NCBI GenBank assembly: GCA_050084515.1
Contig: CM114271.1
Location: forward strand, 39,494,001-39,558,000
Direction of reading: 5' to 3'
From: Blasia pusilla
Taxonomy: Eukaryota
Length of the DNA stretch: 64,000 bases
Shown piece after piece: positions 1-14,285 of the stretch. Position 1 is the stretch's first letter. The number at the start of each line of letters is the position of its first letter. Below the pieces are notes generated by a model. It had not been told where the DNA came from, ran no database searches, and worked only from the letters and a program-made list of their open reading frames with translations. A program made the position numbers and the translations under genes.

Positions 1-5
1 TGCAA

Positions 6-9
<4 letters not shown>

Positions 10-59
<50 letters not shown>
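10..59. repeat. (TA)n microsatellite
   Basis: Perfect TA dinucleotide run. Confidence 0.97.
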
Positions 60-64
<5 letters not shown>

Positions 65-2982
65 GAAGTATCATGAATCGTTGCAAAGTTTCCATGGGAG
101 AACAAGAGATTTTTAAACTCAACTTTTATTTGAGTTTGGTTCTTATCATATTTGAGTGGAGTAAAACTAGGAAGAAATTTGAAGTTTAATGAGGGTGTTA
201 ATTTGATGGAATATATCATTACAAACTAGAACACACAATAGACATTTAATGATTTTTTTGGTGGATGTAAAGATTTTGGAGAAATTTGAAGAGAAATAAA
301 TTGGAAAGAATTTTTTATGTGGTCTTCACAAAGAACATATGGGGAATCATAAAAAATTAACCAAAAATCATGGAAAGATGGCATTCCAAGACCATTAGAA
401 GAAATAGAATCAATGGGATTCTTTTGCATGAACCCATTCTTTTTCTCTTTATTTGTACAAAGAGCATACAAATAAAGAGAAAAGACCAAACCATGTTGGC
501 AACTAGCTGCATATAGACTATGAAAAATATTGAAGAGACAAGGTGAATAAAGTCATTTCATGACAAAGACATCTGTTGCTTTACAGGAGGAAAAAAATGA
601 TAAGTGATGAACACTAGGAAGAGTGGCCAAGGAGAGAATTTTTTTTTCTGAATCAAATGAAAAAAAAAATCACGTGATAAAATGAAAAAAAACACGTAGT
701 CTATAATAAGAACACTAAGATCTATGATACCTTACAATGCAGATATAAATTAGCTATCCATACCTAAATATAATTAGGTTATTTTTTTGTAATGGTAGTT
801 GTAGTCTAGCAAGAGGAGATATTGAGCCTTGGTAGAGAGGCCAAAAGTGACATCTTTGTCTCCCTTCATAACCTTTTGTGTAGAGGACATCCTCAGGGTG
901 ATTTCTTGGACTTTTCTAGGAGGTTTTTTATTAGTTAGAGCACGATCCCATGGATAGGGGTACAAGTCACCGCGATCTTCATTGTTGCGTCCAACAAAGT
1001 TTACCAATGGATAGTATGACACAACACGTTGGTCTATAGTAAATACTTTTGGTCATACCAAGTCGAGTTCATTGGGATGTTGGGCCGATTTTGCGCCCAA
1101 AAGTTTTGGGGGAAAAAAAACTGGCGACCCTCTATGGTCGCCAGTTCTTGGTGTGCATGGGATTTTCCCCTTAATGACATGTTGTTATAGTTAGGATGGC
1201 ATGTGTGAATATATCATCTTCTTGAACCCTTGGGGCTTGGAGAGGGTATATTCCAAGAGGAGGCTAAGAGAGGCTTATCTTTAAACAAATGAGCCCTCCA
1301 AGAATCCAAGCACATAATTGGGTAGTGTCGAAGATCCATAGTAGCCCTTGTGAGTCTACAAGAGTAAGGTTCGTTCCATTTTTTATTGGATAGTTAGATG
1401 CAAGTTTGAGTTGTTGGACACATGGTGGTTATCGTGTGTGGGATTACATATCACTACATAATCTACATCATTGATCACATCTACACAACAAATATCACCG
1501 ATCCTCCCAACATAGGGTAGGTTAATACGCATAAAAAAATACTCATGCATATATATCAAGATCGCACCAAAAAAATGAAGTAAAAACTTAAGGTTCATAT
1601 AGACAATTTCAGATCTTCTCTCAAAACTACATCTGCATATTAAGACATATCCATCCTTTGCTAGGAGGGAATACAAACTCTAGCGCTAAACCTCCAATGA
1701 ATTCCTAACAAGATGAGTGCTAGTAAGGCTCAACATGAGAAGGATGGCTTGTGAAAGCCATTCCTCTCACCTTTATATCCTTGGGAAAAGCCAAAAGAGT
1801 TCTTCCCCCAAAAATAACTTGCGTACACATGTTACTTGATGACTGTTGACTTGATCAATAGGTTATCGAATCATCTCACCCAAAATAGTAAAAGAGATGG
1901 TTTATCGTAAATGACCAACTTGGGATAATGGAGCTTTGTCCAAATTCATCCAACACCTTAGGATGAAGTTACGCCCAAACAACGTGCTAACTCTTTAGAC
2001 AGTTGATAAGGTAAAACTCTACTTGTTACCTAACTATAATATCATTGATGTGACATGGTGCACACCAAAAACCTAATTTTTTTCAATAGACAGGTATGCA
2101 TGGGTGATGAGATATTGGGCCCATTCATGCAATATGAATATTTTCAATGTCTAGGTAGCACGTACATATAGGCGTTGTTTTGATCTCTACTTAGAGATGG
2201 AGTTTAGGGGAGCGTTGGTACCTACTAGCATGCCATGAGGTTGTAGGTGTTGAGATGCATGGTTTTGGGTGGTTGTAGACATTAGTTAGTGGTGTTTGAG
2301 GAGCATTGATGGCTAGGGGATGAAAGAAGGCTCAATACGGTTTAGGTTTAGGTAGGCACCCAAAACTGAAGGTGGCACAAGAAATAATGATCTCCTTGCT
2401 ATATAAAATTTAGAGAGTGGAGTAGTAGGTGATTTCTTTGACGATTTTGAATCAGCCATTCAAAGTTGGGAGTGGTAGAAAAATCACATCCTTTCAAAGT
2501 TTCCAATTTGGTTCTTATGTGTGGTATTGTGGAGGTGGATGCTAGCTCTATTCTGAGCCAGGAAGTAGTTGGGGCATCTGACTTACAATGTGTCATTGTG
2601 GAATTGCCAGAATTGGACCCATTGTCAAGTGAGGCTAGGAAAAATGAGTTGTTTCCATAATCATTTTGGTTGTTTGAGCTGGTGAGGACCCATTGATGAG
2701 TCCTATTTGAGTGGCTCTTATTCTTAATGGGGGGCCAAGTATGTTAAGAAGTGTGATAGGTGTATTAGTGGAGATTTTGAGAGCCCAAGATAAGCTATGT
2801 TTGAGCATGTTGTTGGGGGCAATGTCAATGGTGTGCTGAGTGCCTCAATGTTTTCCCATGGATATGGCAACATTGGATGTAGGGCTAGTTGAGGTGGTTT
2901 GATTTGTTGTCAGACTTAGTGAGAGTTGTGGTGTGGTGGCATCATATTTTGAGTGTGTAGAAGATCCAGATCACCTCAACTA

Positions 2983-3035
2983 GCCAATGTCTCCCCACTA
3001 GAAGAGTCGCGCTCTTCTAGTGGGGAGACATTGGC
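2983..3035. repeat. Perfect 24-bp inverted repeat with 5-nt spacer
   Basis: gccaatgtctccccactagaagag / tcgcg / ctcttctagtggggagacattggc; arms are exact reverse complements. Confidence 0.95.
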
Positions 3036-5299
3036 GAAACCATCCATGTTGGTGGATTCGAGCAACATATGGCATGTAAGGGGCTCACTGGATAAGGAGT
3101 TGCCAATAAGGTTGGCGATGGAGTGTGAGCTAGCCACCCTTGGTTTTTTTCCAATATTTAGGAGTTGGATTCCAAAACCATAAGATTCTCCTTGGAGAGG
3201 ACATGATGGACCCCATAAAAAACCCCTTACAAAGGAGATGAGTTCATTAAGGAGGCCATTGGAAAGGACATGATGGAAATAGAAGCTAGAAAGGACCCCT
3301 AAAAAACCCCCTAGAAAAGAGATGAGGTTCGTAGCTGGCCACCCGCATCCCTCGTCTCCGTGAAATAGCCGTTGGCACACTTCGAGAAGGTCTAGGTTGA
3401 ATCATCGTAAAGGGGAAAGAAGAACTATTATTTCCGTTATTTTTCCCACAACCAAATATTAGAATTTGGATCCGGCGTACTAATCACAACCACATGTAAG
3501 CAGATGGAAGAAGACTTGTCAAAATTGATAACTTGATACGTTTAATAGAAGAAAACTTAGAAACTACGTCATGTTTGATTCGTTGTTTGAGTGGCTACAT
3601 TATTGTTGGAAAGTGGCCCTTCATTTCGAATTTCTTCCTTCAGTTCTCCTTTCTGAGCCAATAAGATCCTTGAAAGTCACTCTTTGAACCATCGCAATTT
3701 ACCCCGGTCTTCTCTATCGGGCCGTGGGAAAAGGGAAAAAGTGGAAAGGAGAGAAATGAAGATCGGTAAAGGTTGACTTGGACCACATGGATCGTGGGTC
3801 CTAGAGCATCCGTGGCCTCTTCAATTCGTATAAAGACCGTATGGGATACGTACGATTGTGGTCTGTCTGAACGGACCAGCGGCTACGATCGTGCGCCCTC
3901 CCGCCCTTGGCCAGTGGTAGCAAGCAAAGCAGTGCGAGTGCAACGTGGAGGTCCAGCGAGCGAGCCCCGCTCCCCAGCCCGTACAGAGGCCTACTATTTG
4001 ACAACGCAACTCAGCGCAAGGTCACGCAACGCAACTGAGCTGAGCTGAACGCCCGCGAGGTGGTCGGGCTCCCTCGCTCGCGAAGCAGCTGTATTTGTTG
4101 GGTTGGCTGGCACCCGGAGAGGGGAGAGTCGCCATCCACGGTCCGACATGCAGGTAGGTGCTTTTGGGCGTGGTCGTGCACGGGAACATGGAAGTAGTGG
4201 CGAGATATGACGATCCGAGGAGGAGGACGAGGTCGTTCGATCTGGTGCTGGAGAGACTGCGGAGGGGAGGGTTCCTCGATCACTTCCTTGTTTCTGTCCA
4301 CTACCATGCCACACTGCCACCGGCTTTGCATCGGGGAATTGATATCGGTCCCGTCGGATGACGCTAGGGCTTCGAGGATGGTGGCAGCTCGGAAGTCTAG
4401 TCAATCAGCCGCGGAGTTGGGATTTTAAACGGTGAACTTCTTAAACGCGCACGAACGTGAGGGGTGGAAAGGGCTCGCAGACATGGATCCTCTGAAGATG
4501 TAGTTTCTTATGAATGAGTCGGATCTTGCAATCGCATAAGGATCGATCTTCTACCTCTTGCTGTTTGCTATTGTATGCTTCGACTAGTCTAGATCTACGA
4601 GGTATGACGATGTGTCTCTTGTTAAAAGAGAATTTACAGTACTACTTACTGTAAGTCTTGACTGTCTAATTGCACACTGTTGCGCGATACTTTGCGGAAA
4701 GTTCACTGTTGTCACCGAACCTTCGTGGGATTCCCTAATTTTGATGCCGAATTCTTTGCGTCTTACTTGAGACGGTGCGAAACTGCGTCAATTCATTGCA
4801 GGTCTAAGCTAAGTCGAGTATGCATGATCGACATACATGTGACTCGAGCACTGTGATGTTCCTACTTTCGTTTACAATATTATGCGTCTGAGCGCTTCGA
4901 TCGCGGCGAGCAATAGGATAATCGATCGTGCGAGAAATCTAGCACTTACGGAGTCGGTCTCCGCCGAGAGTATTCAGGAATCCGATCCTTCACTTAAGGG
5001 AACTCTCTTCATTTTAAGTGGTATCCAGTGGGTCAAGGCTCGAAAATAATGGTTACAGCAACTTCCATGAGTCTCCGTTTGGCGTCTGTCATAGTTAACG
5101 TTGACGTGCTCACAGATGCGTCTGGATATATTTATGGATCTCGGAAGCTTCTGATGAAGATGGTGGTGGTTCACGCCTATGCCGCTCATCAGTTCTCTGT
5201 TGACAGTGATGAGATGTTTCCCGTTCTCCGTCGATGCTGTGAGTAGTTGATACAACACCCTCTCCTGCGCAGATGTGATGTTACGGTCCCGAGATCAAT

Positions 5300-6950
5300 T
5301 GCTAAGTTTTCGTCTGACAACCCGCATGATTATTTATCGACCACTTTGGTAATGCCCTGCACGATTTCAGTTCGTGGAGTTTAACACAGGGAAGAGTGCT
5401 CAGGTTTGAGCCGACGGGATGATGCGGATTGAGTGAGCTGAATAATTACTATCGGCGATTTTTGGAAACTTAGCCGACAGCGGCATGCAAGTTCGAGTTT
5501 CGGACGCAGGTGCTAACTCTATTAATTTCGGACGAATCTGTGGGGTGTTACGGTGACTAGAAGGGAGAAGACATTCGGCGGTGCTTGAAGGCGGAATCCG
5601 ATATGGAGAAACGAGAGAGGGTTGAGAAAACAGAATGTTGAGCACTGTCTAGTAACATCCTTAGTTTCCGTGAAGGTCTACCGACGTCCGAATCTCGTGA
5701 AGGTCTCTCCTTCACCGAGCACTCGGTGTCAGCAATGATCGTAATTACGTTCAACTTTCACGGATATGCCGATACAGTTGTTTTCTGGGAGAGTCGCAGC
5801 ATGAAGGAGCACGTGGGCCAATCTCCGAGTTCGAAGAAACCGAATGTACAATGATGTCCAGTAATGAGTACTGACCGTCTCCGACTGACTAATAACAACA
5901 TGATCCAGAAGTTCACATCGTCAAGTGATACTTATTACGATCATTAACCTATGAAGGAAACGCGAACTTGATGGGACATTGATGAAGAGTGCCTGGCTGG
6001 AGATGACGTATCTGGCTTTGATCGGAAACACGTTCAAGCTGATCCCTTTGGAATATATGCATTTGGGACGCTAGGTGCGTACTACTCTTGAGAATCACTA
6101 ATCGTCTTCGTACTTCTTGTTCTTTGAGCACCCGCGGGATTTGAACCTGGGTGTTCCAACCACTACTACGCCTTTTAGGTAACCACAGTGTCCGTGAGAC
6201 CTATCGTAGAGCCCGATTCTCATCGAGTTCGCGGAGTGAAATTTCATCTACGAAAGTGAAATGCTCGGACGTCAGCCCCCGGGCTGTGGTTGGGTTAGTG
6301 CAAGTGCTGATTATGCTGGAACTCCATTCGCTCACTTCAAATGCTCCTGTGCACTCGAAGAAGAGTCTTGGTTGTGTCTACACGGACACACGTCCAGCTG
6401 CCATGTCCGGTCGAGGGTGCTCTCTGTAAATATCTCACAAAGAACAGTCCTAAATCAATTTTTTCATTCGATCGATCATACATCGTAAAATACGCAAATT
6501 GAACAGGCCGCGTACAGAACTGATTCGTATCGACGTCGTACTTGTGCACCTCCCGGGCCGTTTTCCAGGCACTTCACCCATTTATTGTCGGTGACGCGTC
6601 CAATTGCCGTTCCCTCGCGAGAATGTTTGGAGGCACAGCCGAAGTGCAATGAATGCAGGAAAGCCTGTTGTTTGCAGGACTTGAAGTGCGTGCATCTTAA
6701 CCGCGTCCTTAGGACGATGTGTTTCGAGGAGATGCATGCAGGAAAGCCTGCTGTTTGGAGTACTTAAGGTCGTGCTTCTTAATCGCATCCTTAGGACGAT
6801 GTGTTCCGAGGAGAGAGAAGAGATTCAAGAAACGTGGGACGGAAGAAGGGCAACTCCATGAAAGATCGCGGTCAAGGCTCGGACAGTACCGGCATCCTTT
6901 GTAAAGGCTGCCGGCAGAAATGAAGATTTTCCGACGACCAGCTTTTAGGC
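5300..6950 (-). pseudogene. Highly degenerate hAT-like transposase remnant
   Basis: Fragmentary minus-strand similarity to hAT motifs (LVSPYRIPPSSTAE ~ VSPYxxxHCxAH; a segment resembling the TRWLS region near 5340-5380; Cys/His-rich segment near 6650-6900). Boundaries approximate. Confidence 0.3.
6655..6812. repeat. Two-copy tandem repeat (~83-bp unit)
   Basis: gcaggaaagcctg...ccttaggacgatgtgtt...cgaggaga occurs twice. Confidence 0.8.
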
Positions 6951-7237
6951 CCGGGGACAAAACCGGACAGGGAAGAGGTAGCGCCGGCAGGGAGCTGCCT
7001 GAAGTCTTGAACGCCGGCCAGATTGACGAAGCCGGTTGGACTTTCCCGGCAGTGTAACTGGGATGTATTCAAACTGCCAAGCATTTTCCGACCGGAGGAA
7101 GGAGGTGCCGGGGCCCGACAGGTGTCAAGAGGGTAGTGGACAAGGGGGGGAGTGTGCAGGTTCATCCAGCCGTCCCTTCTAGGGTGCGGATGATCGGAAT
7201 CATCGGACGGCAAAGTGGGAACCGGGACTTGCGAGTC

Positions 7238-7930
7238 GGGAGAGAGGGAGGCGGGGAGTAGGGTCGAGCCCGGTCGACCGTGTTAAATCTCATTTGCAAA
7301 TGAGACCGTGTTCGACTTTTGCAGCAAATTCTACTGAGCCTGCTCTCTCCTCCCTAGTTGCTCTCTGCCCGTGGCCGCGTGACTTGCATCGTGCTTTTCG
7401 TGCACCCGCTGCGTCGCTGTCGTCGCTTTGGCGCCATACCGCTCAAATCGCTCGTTGCCGCCTTGGGCGCCTAGGGATCGGACTCATCGGAGCTTCAGCC
7501 TTCTCGTTAATCTCTCAGCATTGCGGCAAAGATAGACAAGCACCCTCATCGGCTCATCCTCATCGTGCTCTCTGTCTCAGACGCTGCCACAATTCGGTGA
7601 CCTTCGGAAGTTCGGATGCTGGTACTGTCCGAGCCTTGGTCGTGAGAGAGGGAGGCAGGGGAGTAGGGGTCGAGCCCGGTCGACCGTGCTCGAGGCATTT
7701 GCCGCAATTGCAACCTTATGATGTTTTGCAGCAAATTTTGCTCTCTCCTCCTGGTCGCTCTCTCCCGGGGCGCGTGACCGCGTCTGTGCTTTCTCTTGCA
7801 GCCCCTGCTCAAATCGCTCGTCGCCGCGCTTTGGGCGCCTAGGGATCAAACTCATCGGAGCTTCAGCCTTCGTTAATCTCTCAAAGATTGCGGCAAAAGA
7901 CAAAGCACCCTCATCATTCGGTGACCTTGG
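7238..7930. repeat. Diverged direct repeat (~400-bp period), probably TE subterminal sequence
   Basis: gagagagggaggc...gggagtagggtcgagcccggtcgaccgtg...gggcgcctagggatc...ctcatcggagcttcagcc occurs at ~7240 and ~7645, with a partial third copy near 8059. Confidence 0.8.
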
Positions 7931-8699
7931 TCGATGCGGTCCGGAAGCACAACTCACCCGGCGCGAAAAAGAGAATAAAGGCCTCACCGTACCTCTTCGG
8001 CATCCTCATCGGGCTCGGACAGTAATTTTTAGAAGATTAGTTTTTTACATTTAGATCGAGGGAGTAGGGTCGATTGTGCTCGAAGCATTTTATGAGTTGC
8101 AACTCATTTTCGCTCTCTCCTCCTCGAATCTGAATGGTCGTGGCGATATTTGCTTACTCTCGCTTGTCTTGGGCGCCTTGTTGCTTGATTGCTCATTCTT
8201 ATTATATTCGCTCAATCTTTGATTGCTCTCGCTGCTCGATCGCTAATTCACGCTGCTCCATCATTTCTTGTGATTGTAAAGCTTGCCAGCCACCGCACCG
8301 TAGGTGAAAAAAAGTGGAAGAAATCGGACGAAATCGGCTGTCTCATCGACTTCCGGGAGTTGGACAGGCGAGTGTAACTCACTCGAGTCTCGACGCGCTC
8401 ATCCAAGCCTCATCCCCGCTATTAGGACTCGGTTTTGGGACTCGGGGAGAGAGTTGGGGAGACCCGCACACACTGCATTCTCCTCCTAATCGCCACTCGC
8501 TTATTTTCCTGTATTCTCTCAGGAGTTAGGGAGTTGGGGCCCGAGGGAGTAGGGGTCAGGGACTTGGGTTTTCGTTGCACTCTTGTATCTCTCTCTCTCT
8601 CGCTCTTTGTTGAAGTTTTGGGAGCCTTTCATTGGTTCTGTAACTTCTGTAAACCCTTGAAACCGTTTGAGCCTAAACCCTTTACAAAGGGTTTCAAAG

Positions 8700-11014
8700 T
8701 AGTGAACTCTCAAAGTTCCTTATGGAGGATATTTCAGCCAAGAATGCATGTAGGGGTAAGAGACAAAAATCCCTTCTTGATATGGGGTTTATTTGTTAGT
8801 GAACCAGCAGTAAAGAGAGACCAACTCATGTGAGGAGATAGATTCTCCTTCAGATCTTGCCTCTTCAAAGATTGCTTTGGAAAGACTCTTGGTATCAAGC
8901 TTTTGAATGGATTCAATTTGAGCCTCACACAGGGGGAGGGTATTCGTAAAGTGTGCAAGGACTCGGGAGGGAAATCTGTATTTGCCACATCCGGAGCCAT
9001 CAATGTGAAGATTTCTGCCTTCACAGACCATGGTAAATCCAAGGAACATAAAAGCTGGCTTGGGCTCGGTATAGTGGTAGAAAAACTCTCTGAAAGCTAT
9101 TGCAAGCACCAATAGAAGCTGTGATTTAGCGGTGCTTAATCTTTTCGAGGAGCATACTTCATGGCTAAGTATAATATTGCATTTTCCTCATTCCTGGTCT
9201 CTGTACATTACTCAAATCTGGATCTATGATGCTCACAAAATCGATGTATCAGGATGACAAGACATGTGCACATATGATAACATGTATTAGTTTGGTAATT
9301 CAAAGATTGCTTCTAGCTAGGGTTAGACTTAGTCCCTTTTACGGAATAATGGTAGATGAATCCACCGACATATCAAGAATGAGGACACCTCGTTGCCTTT
9401 GTCACTTACCTTGATGAAGGTCAAGTGTGCACCTCCTTCTTAGGATTGATCAAGGTTGAGAACAAGGATGCCGAGTCCATTTCAGATTGTTTAGTATCCT
9501 TACTTAGGGAATGGGAATTGAATTTTGAGAAGATGGTTGGTTTTGGGTCGATGGGGCCAACACTATGGTAGGTAGTAGGAATGGGGTAAGTGCCCGTTTG
9601 AAGAGGAATGTTAACCCTTACATGACAAGCGTCCATTGTGTGGCACACCGGACAAACTTAAAGCTACTCTTGCAGCTGACAAAGAGCCCAGTGCAAGGAA
9701 CTTAGTGATGAGGTTGATAACATTTTGAATTTGTTGCATTTTATTTCAAGAAGAGTTCTAAGAGGAAGTCTGGTCTCTCTTCTCTACAAGAGGAGCTACA
9801 CGATTCTAGGAAAGTCATGAAACGGTATCGAAGGTCGGATGGCTTAGCGGTGGCAAGCCATTACCTCTTTATGTGATAGTTTAGAATCGGTCATGGTCTA
9901 CTTCTCTGCTTTGTGAATCGAGGGAAGATGATGGGGTAGCTTCACATCTTCTAAAGAGGTTAAAGTCCTTCAAAATGATTTACATTTTATACTTTTCGGT
10001 GACATCCTTCATTCTATGGCAATGTTGAGCAAGTTATTCGGATGAAGTTTGTTGATATATCTAGCGTTGCTTCTATTGTTCGAGATAGCACATGTTAGAA
10101 TGAATTATGTACATGAAAGTGTAGATATGAATGCCTATCTCATTTCTCAATCTAGCGGTTTTCATCTCCTTCCGAACTATGGTCCTAGTGATGGATATAC
10201 AACGCTTGCAATCGAGAGATAAGGGTTCTTTCTTTCATTCAATCCAAATGGATAGGGATGTGACAGAAAGGATTTAGAAGAAGCTGTTTTTTCAGAGGAA
10301 TTTTTTGAGGCCATATGTGTAGCTTTGCAAGAAAGGTTTGAAGACAATAACATCATTGGAGGTTTTTTGAGGCCATATGTGTAGCTTTGCAAGAAAGGTT
10401 TGAAGACAATAACATCATTGGAGGTTTTAAGATCCTCAATCCATCCCAAATGCCTTCTACCATATCTAGTTTAAGAGATTGGGGTGTGAGAGACTTGGAA
10501 ATGTTGAGCTCTTTCTATGGACAGGAAAAAACCTTGCATGGCGGGGTGAAAAAGCCTATTCTAGATGGTGCAGACCCTAAAGAATGAATTCTTGGCCTTC
10601 AAGATTGGCCATGAGAATGGAAGGAGAAGTCCTTCAAGGACTTATGGTGTATGGTAAGTGGTAGTCCGATCCTCGAAGGCTAAGTATGCTAATCTCTGTA
10701 TTTTAGGTGATATAGCTAGAGTCCAATGTGTATCAACAAGACATCATGTGAGAGCTTTTAGCATTCAGAATGTCATTAAGAATAGGTTAAGAAATAGCTT
10801 AACCTCTTATCACTTGGAAGCTTTGCTGAGGGTTAACATGGAGGGTCCAAAGGAGAATTTTGATGTGGATAAGGTCCTCATTTCTGCTATGGACACATGG
10901 AAACAATCAAAGGAATACAGATTTGTATATGCTAATCCAGAGTTGTACATTGTTCCTCCCGTTGAACTTGAAGCTGTTGAGGAAGGTGAGCTTAACCCTG
11001 ACCTTTCATCCTAG
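8700..11014 (+). pseudogene. Frameshifted hAT (ZNF862-like) transposase
   Basis: Motifs CKDSGGKSVFATSGAINVKISAFTDH, SPFYGIMVDESTD, SVHCVAHRTNL, ARVQCVST, KNRLRNSL; collinear with the transposases at 14286-16520 and 59707-61941. Confidence 0.9.
10301..10428. repeat. 62-bp tandem duplication inside the transposase
   Basis: ttttttgaggccatatgtgtagctttgcaagaaaggtttgaagacaataacatcattggagg occurs twice. Confidence 0.92.
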
Positions 11015-11121
11015 TTTCTCTATGACTTCATTTCATTTTGCAAATGCTTTTACTAGTTATTTATTTTCTGTAGTCAAACCCCTCCTACAAAGAAAGTTCA
11101 TTTTATGAATACTCCTTGTAG

Positions 11122-11311
11122 GAAGGGTTCTTAGCACCTCGGCCCCCAACCTGGTAGGGGGAATTCTGGTTCAACTCCAGCCAGAGGTAATGAGGAGGTG
11201 AGCTGGAAGGCTAAGAAGGGTTCTTAGCACCTCTGGCCCCCAATTGGGAGGGGGAATTCTGGTTCAACTCCAGCCAGAGGTAAAAAAATGAGGAGGTGAG
11301 TTGAGAAGGCT
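11122..11311. repeat. ~95-bp tandem duplication in the hAT 3' region
   Basis: gaagggttcttagcacctc...ggggaattctggttcaactccagccagaggtaa...tgaggaggtgag...gaaggct occurs twice. Confidence 0.85.
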
Positions 11312-11779
11312 ACCGGGGACTTTCATAATAACCAGAACTAAACTGAAAGGTAGAAAATATGACAGCAAAAAACTGGCATGCCATTTCCAAGCCCATAAAA
11401 AAACTGGTGATTCAAATTACATGCAAGAAATAGCCTGAGAAGGGAAAAAATATTGGGCAAAAACCTGACAAGGTAAAAACTTTTAGGGGGTTGGCTGGGG
11501 CATATTTCAGAAAACCTAAATGATTCAAATAGTCCCGGTAAAAAACTGACATACTAAAAATAACTGTCCGAGCCCTGATCGCGGTACTGCCAGATGGTGC
11601 CCAGTCGATGATGAGTAGAAAATGAGTCTTAAATGTACTATTCACGAGGCTTGTGGTCGCGAAGACGTTTACTCGCGAACTGATCTTTAATTGTAAATCT
11701 TCACGAAATCTGTTTGACAGCGTCGGTTTGCCATTACACTGCAGCTCGCTTGCTCGCGCACTCTCCCGCTTTAGGGATG

Positions 11780-12140
11780 TGCAGCACAATCTGCAGCTCT
11801 TGAAGAAGTAACTTGTGATTGCAGATGACAAACCAATGATCAACACACAATATTTGCCGATTGTGATTCACAAACATCATATCATGACAAACAGGTCGTT
11901 CGTATTTTGTAGTTGTTCGATCCGCAAGCACTAAGCAGACACACACGTCCAGCTTGTCGATTTCACAGGAGTAAATCCACCCGCTCGATCGAATTAACAT
12001 GATCCCAAGCCTTTCGATATGACAGCGCTCTTGTCCTCGAGCTTTCAAAATGACGAGCGTCCATCAAAAGCGTCTCGCCATCTGCACCATCGCTGTCCAG
12101 ACTTATGCTGGGGGTCGATTGCCAGAGCCAATCGACCCCC
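11780..12140 (+). pseudogene. Possible older hAT transposase remnant
   Basis: Weak resemblance to LIADESTD...QLSIVI (LVIADDKPMINTQYLPIVIH) and to the xGVHCxAH region (LMLGVDCQSQ). Confidence 0.25.
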
Positions 12141-14285
12141 GACATCCCTCCATCCCTCTCGCCAGAACTCTCATCATCGAATTGCTTTATCGATCAGCGA
12201 TCAATCTCCCTAATCGCGGAACACTTGATCCCAGAAACCAAGCTCGACGTCTTTACACGACCACGACGACCGCCACAGCCTAAAACCTCCGTATCTCTCC
12301 CTCATGGCCGACGGGTCCTGCTCGCTCGAGAAAATCAGTTGCAGCACGCGATCCATCCGCAGGGAAGAAGAAACAGTTGGAAGAAACAGGATTCAGGAAG
12401 CGAAAGCGCGGCACGAGCGCAACGGCGCGTACAGGACTAAAAGTCCCACCCACCGACCTGTAGCGAGTTGGCAAGCACATACTGTACGTCGCGTCGTGGA
12501 CGAGAGCCGAACGGTCGAACTTGGTCCGAATCCCAGTACACATACGGTGAGAAAGATACTCGTGTACACATCGGAGTTGTTTTGCAGTAGCGGTATGACA
12601 TTGAGAAAGATATCGAAGGGAGGTGGCGGGCGAAAGGACAGAGACGTCATGAACTCACGTGCGCATGATTCATGTGCAGCACGGAGTGCGCCAGAGCGGT
12701 TGCCATTCGAGTGGATCGGATAAGTATGGTGATCGGGCGACTCTAGCTATGAAGTGGGGTCGTCCACGAACGGTTCCGGGAATAAATGGGATTGATGCAG
12801 GGTTGTGTGCATGTGGAGATTCTCAGACCGAGGAACTGAATGGCAGAAATGTCGGTGGGCCGCTCGCTGGTTGGGAAATACAGCAATCGATCATACACAT
12901 AGACGACCCCGGTTCGCGTTCGAGTCATCGTCGGAGATTTACACCGTAACGAGGTTCAGCGTAATTTTTGGTCAAGGTTCGGTCGAGAAGATGGCTCAAT
13001 GGCGCCGAGCTTGTCGTAGTTTCGCCCACGCCTCTTCTGAGAAATTCGTGGCTAGCGTTATCTGCCTCCTCAGATAACGCACTTCCTGGAGGAGGTAGAT
13101 AACGCGAGGCACCGATGTTCGATTTAATGTTCTCGAAGCGGTAACCTTCCGCTGTGTCACTATTGACGCTCGACTCTCACTTTAACACGTGCACTTTTAC
13201 AGGCAACGTGTCACGAGTTTCTGAATGCAGAGGTCTTACCTTTTCCCGTCGACTTTCGCTTCACACTTTACAGGTACTTTTGTTCTCCGAGATCACGCGT
13301 TCAGTGTTCCTCTCGAGGCCAAAATGAGGCTCTTTGGCAATCCTCTTCCGACGAAGTTCTGACCGGCGGGACCTACGATTGCAGCTTCCACAAGGACCGG
13401 TCTCCGGTCACCCGCCCGAGGTTATGATCAGCGATCGCCAGGTTCGCCACTGTATTGGCGACGAATAATTCAGTTGTGCGCTGTCGACCTCCAATTGGAA
13501 CTCACAGTTTAGGACACGAGACTTGGGACCAAAAGCAAATCAATGACTAATCCCCGAACCGACGCACGTGAAATTGCGCAGAATATGTACGTTTGTATCC
13601 GTAATACGTACATACACATATTCATTCCATAAGTTTGTAGGTCATCTACACCCACTCACCGCCGCCACATATTCATGCACGCACTTTGCAAAACCCCAGG
13701 CGCATAATTTCAACGGTCTCTCGAGATTCAAATAACATTCAATTCAAATGAGGAATGGGAACCAAGGTCCGGGAGATTTTTTTAATTTGTCAGTTGATTG
13801 TTGCTATTTAGACTATCATGTCGGTCGTTGCTTTTTCCTTCCTTTTTCGGTATTATTTGAAGAAGGCAGTTAAAAAATGGTTTATATTTTTCAGACGATT
13901 TTAATTCGAATTTTGTCAAAAAGAACTCATTCTGTTTATGGTACTTTGGAAATGGACCCATCTAATTTCCGGGTGTTTTATGAGACGGCTGCCAATTTCC
14001 TTATTTTCTTTCTTTCCTTCACCTTTTCTCTCTATTACTTTCACATTTTTTTCTTCTTCTTACCTTCACCTCATCATCTACCTTGTATCCTTTTACCTTG
14101 GAGCAAAACCTCCCTTCCAAAATTTGTATGAAGGAAATGTTATGTTCAACTCCTTGGCAGAAGTTGAACCTGGCCAAGCCTCCCCACCAGTTGGGAGCCA
14201 AAGATCATGCCCCTCTATAATATTTGGAGCTTCTAAGCTCCATGTGTTATAGAAGGGTTCTAAGTCCTACAAAACAAAACACACA

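Larger units (their letters stand above)
8010..11577 (+). mobile_element. hAT DNA transposon (copy 1) with ~24-bp TIRs
   Basis: Left c-gggctcggacagtaatttttag (8010-8032) vs reverse complement of right end cagggctcggacagttatttttag (11554-11577). Internal hAT transposase remnant. No convincing 8-bp TSD. Confidence 0.75.

Noticed and set aside
200-3600. Possible decayed LINE or other retroelement on the minus strand
   Set aside because: Only a faint zf-RVT-like hint (LVANMVWSF near 490); no RT or endonuclease motif could be read.
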